A DNA stretch of 63,848 bases, filler included, from Octopus bimaculoides (Eukaryota): the NCBI RefSeq assembly GCF_001194135.2. It is 6 parts of 5 records of this genome, joined end to end, with 100 filler letters (N's around TTAATTAATTAA, not from the genome) between each part and the next. Parts side by side here need not be neighbours in the genome. Positions count along the whole stretch, not along the records: positions 1 to 21,095 come from NC_068983.1; 5 more parts are not named here. The stretch is one strand, 5' to 3'. The notes beneath the pieces were generated by a model. The model ran no database searches. It had not been told where the DNA came from and worked only from the letters and a program-made list of their open reading frames with translations. Shown piece by piece: positions 1-13,478 of this stretch. Position 1 is the first letter of the stretch. Every line of letters begins with the position of its first letter. A program made the position numbers and the translations under genes.

Positions 1-118
1 ATATCATGTACAAATTTAATGTGTATTAAATATAAAATCACTAACATAAGAATACAAAAGTATGCTATATAAAATATAGAAAACATTCCCAAAAAGCCGT
101 CGTTATCTCTTGATCAAA

Positions 119-142
119 GTGTGTATGTGTGTGTGTGTGTGT

Positions 143-214
<72 letters not shown>
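119..214. repeat. (TG)n-(AG)n compound microsatellite
   Basis: Directly visible dinucleotide runs. Confidence 0.97.
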
Positions 215-216
<2 letters not shown>

Positions 217-544
217 TGTGCAACATCCCTGCTCTGGGGATGTAATCTCATTTGTTTATCTATTTACTCTTAAATGTACTTTTTATATTTCTAAGCGAAT
301 TATTATCGATTGATTTATGTTACATTGATCGATTCCAAAGTACATAAAAAATATCATAAACATGCATTTTCTCTCCTTTTTTTATGGAGAGCGTGCTGCT
401 ACCAAGACCGGCAATGATAACAATAATATTAGTAGCATCAGGGAGGAACGAATGTGTTAAAGTTTATGACAATAACTTTAACAGAGCACGTTTAATATTC
501 GGTTTTGTTATTCGTATTCATATATTATCGCTGCTGCTGTTGCA

Positions 545-553
545 ACTACTACG

Positions 554-613
<60 letters not shown>

Positions 614-730
614 ATAATAATAATAATAATACTAGCAGTAGAAGTAGTTGTAGTGGTAGTAGTAGTAGTAGTGGTGGTGGAAGTAGTAGTAATGGTGATG
701 GTGGTTGCAGTAGTGGTGATGGTGGTGGTG

Positions 731-778
<48 letters not shown>
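545..778. repeat. Compound trinucleotide microsatellite (CTA)n/(ATA)n/(GTA,GGT)n
   Basis: Directly visible; explains the poly-Y/T/S/L/V ORFs at 384-822. Confidence 0.95.
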
Positions 779-2150
779 AGTACTGCTGTTCGGTCAAAAT
801 ATGTATAAATCTAATAAAGTAATTAAAATAAAAAAGAATTTACTTTCAGATTCGTCTTGCTCTGTTGAGTGACCTTAGGAAACTTGCTGCTGTAAAAATT
901 CTAAATATCCACTATTTGTTAGAGATGGTTATCGACTCGTCCATCTATCTTATATTTAGACATTTCTATTAGATTTCCATTGCTATTCGTGACGTTAGAA
1001 AAAAAATCAATCAACANNNNNNNNNNNNNNNNNNNNNNNNNNNNNNNNNNNNNNNNNNNNNNNNNNNNNNNNNNNNNNNNNNNNNNNNNNNNNNNNNNNN
1101 NNNNNNNNNNNNNNNNNNNNNNNNNNNNNNNNNNNNNNNNNNNNNNNTATATATATTGCACTGTGTACACAAGATCCCACCGCGCAAAGTCGCAGATTTG
1201 TTGCTATAGGAAAGTTATTTTTAATACTGTAGCTTTGGTTACATAAAGTAATTGACTAGTGTTGTAATGCAAGTAAACTCTTGTAAAGCTTTTTCCCAAG
1301 TCACAGTTTTTGTTTGTTGCCTTAGCTATATCACATTCATACTACCTTATCTATTGCGTCTGAGGGACGACTGAATTTTTCTGAGACGTGCCTATACTAA
1401 TATATACAACAATCATTATAACAACTATACTATTTTAAAGTAAATAAATGTGTTGAGAATGTTGTTAAAATCGGAATCAAGTGAATCATTAATCCATTTT
1501 GATATCAATATACAAATATTCGAATATGCCAATATTATGGCCGTAGCATTTATTGATATGTTGACGCTATCGATTAAATTCATTTTAAACAGAAAGTAAA
1601 AACTACAAGAGATTGTCTGTAGGAATATTCAAAGCGTGAAAAGCGAAATTCATATATACAGGAACCTGACTGGCTGAACCGATGTCACTTTGGACAAAAT
1701 GCTTGACTGTATTTCTGCTGTTACGTTCACGTTTTGATTTCATTCCAGGTCGAAGTTTCTTTAAACGTGATATCCCAGCATAGTTGTAGTCGGATAATCG
1801 AAATGAATGAAAGATAAAATATTATGAAAACTCTTTATATAAAGGTATTATTAATTACAAAGTGTTAAATAAACGCAAGAAATTAAATGATGAACACCGA
1901 TAACAAAAATCCAACAAAAAGGGCTTAACAAATAAACGCAATGCAACTTTAGAAAGAAAACCATTTAGAGAAAAAATACTCAATGGAGAACCCCACACAA
2001 GTGTCTGCAAAGCAGAACTAAATGCAGAGTAGAAACCGGTAACGGCACAAATGCTGTCCGATAAAACACAAACGGAAGACGCGAATCTTGTTTAAACGAT
2101 ATGGCATTTAAATTTGGTGCATTATAATTCCTATTGAAAGAGTGTGTTCC

Positions 2151-2340
2151 TTCTTTCCTACTCTGGGCAGAAGGTCCGAAATTTTGGGAGAGGCCACCAG
2201 TAACTGGTACTTAATTTATCAACGCCGAGGGACGAAAAGCAAAGTCGACCTCGTCTGAATTTGAACTCAGAACGTAAATACAAACGAAATACCGCTAAAC
2301 ATTTCGTCCGGCGTGCTAACATTCTGCAAACTCGCCGCCT
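2151..2340 (-). mobile_element. tRNA-derived SINE, family A
   Basis: Minus strand has an A-box-like GCAGAATGTTAG head and B-box-like GAGTTCAAATTC, then the family body GAGGTCGACTTTGC...GATAAATTAAGTACCAGT, which recurs several times in the window; CpGs intact. Confidence 0.8.
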
Positions 2341-2689
2341 TAGCGTTACACAATATTAACAGAAAATGTAAAGACTCTGATGCACGAATATGGGAAATGA
2401 AAGGACTTTCACGTTATTTAGATTAATAACCGACCAGATATTCACTTTGATTCGAATCACTCGAAATCCATTAAATAAATTTGCTATCAACATTTCAAAC
2501 ATTTCTAGCAAATAGAATTATCATCTTCTAATCATTCGATTCATTAACTACTGTTTTCTATTTATATTAAAAATTTCAGCACTTGACCGGTTTACTTGAG
2601 TCTCAAAAAAAAAACGGCAATAACAACAGTTGAAAGAATAACAACAACAACAAAATACAAATGCAAGAGTAAAATAGAAGCAATAGGAG

Positions 2690-3970
2690 AGCAACAAATG
2701 CGGCAATTACTGAATTCACCAGGAAAGCCAAAAACGTTGTTCTCGCCTAACTATGTTGCGAATTCGATAACTTTATTCAAATACAAACCTGACGATGTGA
2801 TAAAGTTTTCGTTGTATTTCTCTATGTTCGGATGTTTCGAACGTGTGTTCAACAATGAGCATTTTTAGCTGAAAATTTTTCGCAATATATCAATTGTGTC
2901 ACTAAAGTTTATGTCCGAATGTTTTCTTGTGAGTACAAAATTACTGTATCGTTCATGTCCTGTTGACTCCAGTTTTCTCAAGATTAAACAGTTTTCATCT
3001 CGTCGTCCCAATCCTTACATTCCTTCTATAAGATTTGCACATGTTTTCTGTTGTCTGCTTCGAAGGTAACTCCTTCGTGTCTTAATTTAAGTATCCTTTC
3101 ACATTCTTCAGAGACTTTTTGCAGGGTTACATCGGATTTTACTCCAGCTTTTCAAGAATTCTAGTTTTGACTCCTGCGTCCTTTTCGGCAGTTAGTCATT
3201 GTGTAAAAATCAGGTATTTGAACATGACTGGAGTCAATTTACCCAGCTGAAACGTGTCCCATTCCCTCTTTAATGTGCCACTGGAAATTGAACGTAAAGA
3301 TTGTTTCCATGTAAAACAAGTACTGAATAGTCTGAGTAGAGATAAAGTGTCTTCCAAAAGCACACGATAAACATTAGGATTTAAATCCATGTTTTGCATG
3401 TGGTGATATGCACCTGAGGAAAATTTGTCCATTTAAAAAAGTGGAGTGCTTTCGTTGTGAAAATAAACGACATATAAAGTCGCAGTGTAGAAAGAAGATG
3501 ATAAAATGCCAGAACAATAAGAAAAAAGTAAATAGATTTTCATCGAAAAAAAAATGGGGGTACTACAAGGAACAGAATATTCGTAAATGCGAAAATTTAA
3601 AATACAAGTGTAAAATTGAAGTTTGGAAGTTTGACACAGATAATGACATAACTATTATAAACAAAAATAAAATGTGGAAATAGGTCGGTTAGCAGAAATT
3701 ATTTAAATCTAAAAAGGTAGCACATGGTGTTACGGGAAAATGATTATACTTCAACGGTGAATTCTTATGTAACGTAAGATTTCGAGGCCAAATAAAACAG
3801 TCACTTAACGTATTTGGCACAAAGTGGATAAAACTCTTTGATTTATGGGGTACACCCATAAGTGTTTTGTGCAGAGCGATAGTCCCCTTAGCCAAAGGTT
3901 CAAATGAGGCCGAAGGACTGAAACAAAAGCTTGCAATAAAACACGAAACGCTTGTATGTAGGCAAAAAAA

Positions 3971-4007
<37 letters not shown>

Positions 4008-4160
4008 TACCGTTTGCAGCAATAGACTGCGTTAGGAAAGAACTGACAGAAAATGACCACTCAGCCTGGGCAACGCCCGCGGTTTACGTGAAAGCGAACA
4101 ATGACAAACGTAGAGTTTGTACAGATACTTCAACAAGGGTGAACGATTTGTGTCGCACAT
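2690..4160 (+). mobile_element. Decayed Ty3/Gypsy LTR retrotransposon: gag, zinc knuckles, protease, RT N-terminus; internally rearranged
   Basis: Plus-strand fragments PCFACGDMHLRKICPFKKVECFRCENKRHIKSQC (CCHC knuckles), FDTDNDITII (degenerate DTG protease), NVFGTKWIKLFDLWGTPI, and DHSAWATPAVYVKANNDKRRVCTDTSTRVND (RT N-terminus). Gag pieces lie on the minus strand at 2795-3282. Many stops and frameshifts. Confidence 0.8.
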
Positions 4161-4198
4161 GCTCAAATTTGTTAAAAATTAACACGAATACACACACA

Positions 4199-4231
<33 letters not shown>

Positions 4232-4747
4232 GCAACACACACCATGGCTTATGGTAGATTTAAGCGACTTTACTTTGGTTGGCGGTAACGTGTGAATTCT
4301 TGCTAACAAAACAAAATAGGAAAAGAATAAAAAATGAAGATGAGCTGAATGAAAACAATTATTGCTATATATAATAACACATAAGAAAAACTTAAAAAGG
4401 AAGATGTAGGAAATTAGTAAAAATGGTACACCTCTCTTATGTGGCGAATGGAAGGCCGCAGTTACTATACGGTGAAGTCCGCCTATATCGAAAGTGTAGT
4501 TAGAGTACGAGAGTACGTGTATATTGTGTTGATATTCGTGTCTGTGCTGATATAGTAATTATACTGTGATACTGAGTGGATGTTATGACGATTCAAGCTT
4601 TGGAGGATAACAACAATGTATAACTGGGGTGTGTACCGTGCCAGATTGAAACATCCTATCGATGACATCACAATATAGCAATATATGTCAGAGCGACAAG
4701 CGTCGTACAAATACATGCAACAGCGGCAAAACACCACTTTATAACAT

Positions 4748-4800
<53 letters not shown>

Positions 4801-4935
4801 AGCACACACACATAAATCTACACATTTACACGTATCCATATACATGTGTCCAAGCAACAGCTGTTCACCGGTGCACCTTCAGGTAAATGGTTTTGATAGT
4901 ACTGTCATATATACACGTAAGCATATATGTAGGTT

Positions 4936-4978
<43 letters not shown>

Positions 4979-5103
4979 GTTTGTATGCATTACCACACAT
5001 ATACATAAATACATAGACAGATACACATATTTATATATTCTAATGCATTTACAAGTTTATATACTATTCATTACAATGGGCATCCAAATACGTTAGGTAG
5101 TAA

Positions 5104-5501
5104 ATGGAAATGAATTTACATATTTCAAAGACAACCAGTCCCAATACTCATTACATTATTACCAATAGATTATTCTCTTCATTCACCCCTCTGATATACT
5201 CTAAAATGTGTTATATGACTGCATCAGTACATACATATTTATTTCTGATGGCTATATGTATTTGCAACACCTGTGCATATACGTACCTGAGTCTGTGTGC
5301 TTGCGTATGAATGTGTAAGGACATACATCTACAGAAATTTCTGAATGCATTATATGAAGAAAATACATTAGACAGTTGTTATTAGCCTAGCTAATTATAT
5401 TTATCCTGTTTGGAACCTAAAACTATTGTATGCTCAGTTACCTACTAAATAGTCAAAGCGGTTATTTGAAGAATATTGTCTTATATTTATGAAGAAGAAC
5501 A
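5104..5501 (+). repeat. ~400 bp direct repeat, copy 1
   Basis: Near-identical to 6484-6880 by direct comparison. Confidence 0.92.
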
Positions 5502-5658
5502 CGTATATAATTGGGAAATGGTATTTGGAATCGGAATGAGAATCGACGAATCACAGCAATTTATAGACAAATAATTCTTCAGACAGTTTAATGTTCACCT
5601 AAGGCTGCAACATATCTCTTGAAGCATTGACGTATATTTAGAATATTTTACCCAACAG

Positions 5659-5711
5659 GTGTATTAAGCGAAGGGCATAAGTTGAAATCTGTTTGGAAAA
5701 GAAGCCATTAT
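5659..5711 (+). CDS. Candidate internal exon of an unidentified gene
   Basis: Acceptor ttttacccaacag, donor gtaaag; only one open frame, (G)VLSEGHKLKSVWKRSHY; no homolog recognised. Confidence 0.15.
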
Positions 5712-6442
5712 GTAAAGTTCGTCGTAGGCACATGCATATATTAGGAGCCTACGCAAATAATTTGTAAGGTTTATGCGTACTAGACATATCAATAGGTTAT
5801 ATCGCTGTATAAGCAAAGATGTATCACACGAAGTTTTTTTCCCCTGTTTACGTATCGTCATAACTACTAAGGAATTAACATAAAATTCTAAGTTATTTTA
5901 TGGACATTTGCTTAGATACAGTTTCTCTAATCTGGGTCTCAGCTTTCATTTTAATGGCATAATATTATGCTTATGAGTTTTTTTTACATAACTGGTCGTG
6001 AACGAATATGTCATATATGAAACGATATTTGTCTACTGGAAACGCAAGTGTTAAATTTCTATAACTTCCCATGGTTTCAAATGCAGAAACTATTATCTAT
6101 ATGTCTAATTTAAATGGTTTCTTACTTCAAGTAATTTAATTGTCGCCAATGTCTCAATTACATAATATTTTAAATGGAATATTGTATTGCTGTATACACA
6201 GAAATGATTTATATGTCTGTGCTATCCTAGACGAAATGGTAATAAAGTAATAACGTAAAACAATTATACAGCAAGAAATTGCCACGAAGAATACGTTCGA
6301 ATTCTTGTCATTATTCTACAAATGTATAAAATATACGACACTCGTTGGAAAGTTAGGGAATATTTCACTATCTTGGAAATGGATTAGAGTTTTATACTTA
6401 GTTATTTTAGGTTCACATTCAATTTTGCACTTAAAATTTCTA

Positions 6443-6483
<41 letters not shown>

Positions 6484-6485
<2 letters not shown>

Positions 6486-6880
6486 GGATGTGAATTTACA
6501 TATTTCAAAGACAACCAGTCCCAATACTCATTACATTATTACCAATAGATTATTCTATTCATTCACCTCTGATATACTTTAAAATGTTTTATATGACTGC
6601 ATCAGTACATACATATTTATTTCTGATGGCTATATGTATTTGCAACGCCTGTGCATATACGTACCTGAGTCTGTGTGCTTGCGTATGAATGTGTAAGGAC
6701 ATACATCTACAGAAATTTCTGAACACATTATATGAAGAAAATACATTAGATAGTTGTTATTAGCCTAGCTAATTATATTTATCCTGTTTGGAACCTAAAG
6801 CTATTGTATGCTCAGTTACCTACTAAATAGTCTAAGCGGTTATTTGAAGAATATTGTCTTATATTTATGAAGAAGAACAT
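6484..6880 (+). repeat. ~400 bp direct repeat, copy 2
   Basis: Near-identical to 5104-5501; preceded by (AT)n. Confidence 0.92.
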
Positions 6881-9097
6881 GGTTATGTGACTGTGTAGTT
6901 GTATGTGTCTATTTGGTTACACTGAGATCAGGATTTCAAATTCTGGCGGAAAGCATCAACCTTCATAAGTAAGTTTTGCTAACAGAAAAAAATTTTTTAA
7001 CACGTCACGTTGAGGTTTGTCTGTATTTTGAATTGTTTTGCGCCAAAATCGGAAAAGCTCCTGTGTAAATATACTAATAAGGAGTAAATGTTCAGAAGTA
7101 AATATTTATATAGATACTATTATTGTTATTATTATCTGTGGTAAATATAAATAGTTGATAACGACAACAATAATATTGGAGGTTACAGACCTTAAATTGC
7201 ATTAAATAACTAACGAACTGAAATTAATTTAAATTTATATTTATCATCAGGGTACACCAGGTACCTACCTGCGCGAAAGACGAGCTAAAACACTCAGTTA
7301 AACACTGAAAAATTCAAGAGAAAGGCAACCGTAAGCGGGCGAACGGGTTTATATAATTTTAACATACCAAATGCAGCTCAATGCTAAATATTTTGCCATT
7401 TGAATACACTTGACTCAGGATTTCTAGTTCTGGCGAATATAGAAAGAAACAGATGAAGAGAAATAATTTTCATTATTCCCACGTGGTCACATGTAATTAA
7501 AAATATATATATATTTATAGAATAAATGAAGAAAAATGCACACAGTTTACATAGTTTTAATGTAGTTTTTGCTATGTTCTATAAATGAAACATTATTGTG
7601 TTTGTCCACGAGTTTCTCTTTCGCTAATCATGACACTGAAATTATTGTAATTTCGTATTTTCGTAAGATTATACTCCACATTCTTGGAGAGAAATTTGTG
7701 AATGAATCAACAAGTAGAAAAATCAAAGGGGAGGGAACTGGTGGTCTATATTCGGGACAGTGGAAACAATTGCTCATTCTTTTTTGGTGAGAGATAAATT
7801 AATATACAAAATCTCAAAAGATAAAGTAGTGAGATGCCGTGTGTACAGTGAAGGGTATGTGATCTTGAATTAAAATATATACTGAGACCAAAGTTGGATA
7901 TGCGTCTCAAAGAGGACTATGATGTCGCATGATGTGGTCGTCCTGGGATGGGAGGAGGTTGCAAATGATTGCCCACACTGAAGGCAAATACTGTGAAAGG
8001 GAATAACGAGAGCGGAAGAAAATCAGCATCTCGTAACCAAAGAAAAACGCATTCGACAGAAGGAAAAATCAGTATCACTGGAAGAGGGCTCCTTCAAATA
8101 CTGTTGCTGTGTGCGTGACAGCCACTCCCATGTGGACCTATACAGCCACAGTAGACGCTGCACCACCTTCAGCAGCTGACAGCATTTTTGGGCGCAAATC
8201 GATAACCACTCGAGAACGACATATCCCTACTACTATGTAGGTAGATATATAAATAGATAGATAAATACATAGTTAGATGCTTGTATATCATCTGGTCACA
8301 AATATATGTGTTTCTATAAGCATGTTAACGTGTTTCCCTGTGAATATTATTATACGGGCATGGTTATTTGGTTGGTTCTAAAATTCGAAACTACAAATTT
8401 AAAGAGGAAATCGATTTGAATAAAACTAAATGGTTTTTTTTCCTGTTATTTATTAGTACAGTGTCTACCAGTTGAAAACTCCTGCATCTCAGTACAATGC
8501 ACTTAGTTTAATAAAATATTGAATATGAAATTTAACAATACATCAGGAATGCAGTACAGTGACCGTACAAAATAATGTTGTTGAGTGCAGCAAAGATATT
8601 GTATATAACACTAGCAATATCATAAACGACTTATATATGAAATATTTCAATATATTTCTATAGTGAACTATAATCTTATGTATATGATGGAGACATACCG
8701 TATATTAATTGCTTCGTGTCTGGCGCGTGTAAATTATTTAGTATTGTTGTCCGTTTTCTTCCTAACTCGTCGTTAGATATATAATATTTTCATATTTACA
8801 TTCGTAGAAACATCTGTTTGGTCATACTTTAAATTGATTTAATGCTAAATTAATCATTTAGTTCTGGTAATCATAACTACAGATACGATGTCACAGATCA
8901 ATAATGAACTCAGAATTTCCAATTATTGAAATAATTATTCATAGATATATCACGATTATATCAATTAACATTTGTGTATAATTGAGTATTTAATTACGAA
9001 AATATATCGAAATATAATTTTGGACTTGTATCGTATTAATTTATGCATGCATTATCATAATTGCGTCGATGATTTTTATAATCTTTTTGCTGTCCAG

Positions 9098-9187
9098 GCC
9101 TCGAAGTGTATGAAAATAAAGAAAAAAGATGACTGCCAAAGGATAACATATCAAAATGTGATTCACAGTTTTGCGGCGGTGGAAATG
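9098..9187 (+). CDS. Candidate 90-nt phase-0 exon of an unidentified gene
   Basis: Acceptor atctttttgctgtccag, donor gtaatt; only open frame is ASKCMKIKKKDDCQRITYQNVIHSFAAVEM; no homolog recognised. Confidence 0.2.
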
Positions 9188-9551
9188 GTAATTATAAGGG
9201 AATTATACTTTTACTGTGCAAAATCTTTTTATATATTTTAGACTGATATTATATTGTTATATTGAAATAAAAGGTGCTTGTTTTCGGATGTTCGTGTTTA
9301 GATGTACTCTAGCTGGAAACATGCAAGTACTGGGTCATAATATTCATAATTAACAGAACCTGGAAAATTAAAGAATAAGAATTGGAAAATTGAATATATT
9401 GAATTTGCGGTTCAAATTTGAATTCGTTTGATATTCCAATCGAGTGGTTTCTAAAATATTGCTCAAAATGAATGAGTTACAAACTATAAGTAAATTCTGA
9501 AATAGTGTTGCCATAAATACTCTGTATGCTTTGCTGATTCCGTGGAGGTAT

Positions 9552-9592
<41 letters not shown>

Positions 9593-9594
<2 letters not shown>

Positions 9595-11633
9595 TTTTAA
9601 AGTCCGGTTTTGTGATATCATAATCCATTCGAGTAGGGAGTTCTTGTTGAGTGGGTTGTATCCAGGTATAGGTGGCTTAGCTGATATTCCTTGAAGACAT
9701 TTGCCAGTTTCCGTTTAAAGGAATACTTTTCCTCTTTGATTTGTTATGGGACAGTGTTAAATAGGGTAGGGCCTGTTGAAGAAATGGAATTTTGCTGCAA
9801 TGTATTTATGTGTTGTGATTCTTTGATGAATTCTGAAACTAATGTTGAGGTCGTTTGGGGAATGCTGGTGATATATTCTCCACATCGTATAAATGATGTA
9901 TCGTTCACGGCGGCGCTGGAGAGAATAGAGTTTCAATGCTTTAAGGCGGTCCGAATAATCGAGATCAGTCATGACCTTAATTCTTTTAGTGAATGCCCTC
10001 TGGAGTGATTCAATTTTCGAAATTTTTCGTTTTGTATGGGGAGACCACAGTGGACAGCAGCATTCGAGGTGTGGCCGTACAAAGGAGGAGAAAAGAGGAA
10101 TAGTGACACTTGTTCCCTGGACTGGAAGGTTCTCAGGATCCAGGAACTGATCCTACGATCTAGTTCGACCATATTGTTGATATGGGCACACCAGTTGAGA
10201 TTGTTGCCAAGTATAACTCCTTGTTCTCTGATATTATTAGACGTTGTGGGTGGTTATCCTGAAGGAAGAATGTAAATTTGTTTTAGGATAATCTTTCTTC
10301 AAGAATGCATCAGCTCAAATTTTACCTCGTTTTTTTTTCTGTCTGCCCATTGACTTACAGCATGTATATCAGACTCGAGTTCAGTTCGTTCTTCTCCATT
10401 GATAATTCTCCGAGGCTTGGAGTAATCAGCGAATATTTTCACTTTGCTGTGTTTTATGACACTGGAAACGTTATTTATATAGACTAAAAAAATGCGGGTC
10501 CATGACACCACTGGTGACTTTTGCTAGGCTTGCGTGGATTCACCGATCACAACATGTTGTGCTCTGCTCTCCAGGAAATATCCAATCTTGTGTAGTAGGT
10601 TTCCACAGATTCCAACATTTGACAATTTAACAGTAGGATATTGTAGTCGACTTTGTCGAAAGCTTTATTGAAATCAAGATATATGGCATCAGAGTTTGAA
10701 CAACCTGATCTCAAGATTTTTAGAACACCATCGATGTGGTGTAAGAGCTGTCTTAGAAAATCTTTTCCACAGCGGAAGCCATGCTGTTTTGAATTTAGGG
10801 GGTTGCGGCTCTCCAGGAAGCAAGCTATCCTTGATTTCACCACCCTTTCAAACACCTTAGTAAAATTCGGCGATAGTTGACTGCGTGGGATCTGATTCCC
10901 TGTTTGAAAACCAGGATGATAGACTAAGATAAGAGCTGTCTCAATATATAACCTGAGTCTAAAAAAAATTGACCAGAGGTTGGCTGGAGGGACTTCAAGT
11001 GGGTGTCTAGATTCTTTCTGGAGACTAGCGGAAAATCTATTAGGGCCTACAGAAAAATATTATTTCATGTTGAGGATCGATTTCGTTCATATTCCTATGC
11101 TTAGATGTATGTGATTAGAACACTTTGGAGTCCTGTTTGTTTGTTTTTTTATTACCCACTGTTCCTCTGCAGCTCTTTGATTTTCAATGCAGGTTTTCAT
11201 ATTGGTGTGCAGATGAAGTTTTTTTAACTCCAGACTTTTCATTATTGTTAAATATAGATGCTGTTTGTGAGAGTATTTTAACTGGTTCATTTCTCTATAA
11301 AGTCTTTTGATGTTCCTGATGACTGTTTTCTGTCTGTAGGGATGACTGTTTGCTGTCTGTTTCTCTTTGTGTTAGTGAATTTCGTAGAAGCGTGTTTACA
11401 GCAAGTATAGTTGACAAAATCCTCAAAGCGCTTTCATATGGTTTCAATGTCAGTGGATCTAAGAGAATGAAAGACGAGTCGATAAAAGATAGATCCTTTC
11501 TAATCGCTCCCCAGTCCGCTTTGTGGAAGTTTATCTTGTCAAATAAATACAGTGCAGTGGGATTGAATGGTTTTGTTTTGATATGCCGAAAATTAAAGTT
11601 GCAGAGCCTCACGCCGTGGTCCAAGTTGTGAGT

Positions 11634-11636
<3 letters not shown>
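9593..11636 (-). mobile_element. Decayed 5'-truncated CR1/L2-group LINE (ORF2 remnant)
   Basis: Minus-strand fragments INFHKADWGAIRKDL, KQHGFRCGK, DAIYLDFNKAFDKVD, VKIFADY (degenerate F/YADD) and YSDRLKALKLYSLQRRRERY occur in the expected order; frameshifted; (AT)n at both ends. Confidence 0.9.
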
Positions 11637-11681
<45 letters not shown>

Positions 11682-11684
<3 letters not shown>

Positions 11685-11820
11685 GACGCATTGCTTAGTA
11701 GTAAGGGTGTTGATCTCACGATCGTGGTTTCAGATCCTAGACCGTGTGGTGCGTTCTGTTCTCGAACAAAACACTTTATATACCGTTGCTCTGTGATCAT
11801 TTCCACACCTGATATAATGT
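11682..11820 (+). mobile_element. tRNA-derived SINE, family C (head and core, degraded)
   Basis: GCATTGCTTAGTAG head and TTCTCGAACAAAACACTTTAT...GTTGCTC core, related to copies at 38.7, 39.7, 57.6 and 60.5 kb. Confidence 0.6.
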
Positions 11821-12759
11821 ACGCCGTGGACGTACTCAGGCAATGCCGATTTGATGAAGAGAGTGAGGTAATGTGTTTGACGAACAATTGGTCACTATAA
11901 ACAAGTCATTTGTGCAGGTAGTTTGGCAAAAGCTGCACACTCATACGTCGCCTTTGATGGGACAGACCGTGATTATGTATATATATATATATTGGTGCAG
12001 ATGCAGGAAGGGAGAATGTCACATAGATACACAGAAATGTAGATAAATAGTTAACTAGTTTTTACAGCACGTAACCCGCTATCCTTACATATCAATCTTA
12101 TTAATACACAATAACAAATACATTTACATTTGTCAATGAGTATTCTTCCGTATATCCCTATACATGTAACTATGTACATCAGTATGCTGTTGCATATATA
12201 TTTTTATAGTGGAACAAAAGTTAAAAATACTGGACAAGTGCATAAAGTTTTGTTCTATTTTCCACTTTATTCTTCCACTGCACATTTTTTGAATTTTTTG
12301 AATATTTTGAATTAAAGGTATGTCTCCATGGTCTACTTTATACCTATTGAGTATACTTCGTACCAAATATTCAGGCAGAGATTAATATAGAAAATAAATA
12401 TCTCCGCTTAAAAGTCTTCATTATGTTTCACTTGTCTTATCGATGGATGAAATCTCAATAACTCATTTAAAGTGATTTAATCTTACATCAGTAAAATACA
12501 TAGAAACAAAATGATGGTGGCGTCATTAGTGTCATGATTAGTTTATAAATATCATTTTGACATACAAGTGGGCATTCATTTACCGAAAATTTCGCCGATA
12601 TCGGTATTAACAAAGCAAAATCAACACATAATTATATATATGTAAAAAAAAAAATTAGTGGACAATGAACGCAGCGTATCGTCTCCAATTGCATATAGGA
12701 GATAAATATTTGCACATTAACGGACAGCATAGTAAATAATGGATACATTTTTTCGATAC

Positions 12760-12865
12760 TTAGTAAAAGTAATATGTCATGGCATATGAATACATATGTA
12801 TAAAAGCACACGTAGCTATCTGTCTACATATGTGTATACAGGTACACATATATATATATACGTAC

Positions 12866-12946
<81 letters not shown>

Positions 12947-13180
12947 GAGACAAACATACATATATCTGTATTTACATACATACACTCACTTACACACACA
13001 CAAGCACACACAAACACAAATACACACACATTCACACACACATTCACACACACACACACATGTACATTTATACGAATGCACTAATATACAAATATACATA
13101 CAGAAATACTCACACATGCATATTCCCTCACTTATGTGCACCCGTCCCACTCACACATACACACACATATTTGTAAGCAT
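12760..13180. repeat. (TA)n/(CA)n microsatellite cluster
   Basis: Directly visible. Confidence 0.92.
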
Positions 13181-13478
13181 GTGTGTGTAGCATGCATCAC
13201 TCTTGTGCGTCACCACTTTATACAATCCTGCATGAAGGTTACCATTGCATTTTTGTTTCATTTTATCTTATTTTTAATTACTGTTACCTTCCAACTCTTT
13301 TTTTTTTTATTTACATGTCGTCAAAGGAATAAAAGAATTGATTTCAAGAATATTATGTAAAGATAAATTGAAATACAAATTTAATGCAATTCAGTTGTTG
13401 GAATGACAAATTGGTGATTTAGAAACGATTCAAGAACAGAAAAAATAATTTAAACGTTGGTCCTTTGACAAACACAGC

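Noticed and set aside
850-972. Acceptor tttcag followed by the open frame IRLALLSDLRKLAAVKILNIHYLLEM...
   Set aside because: No convincing donor and no recognisable homology
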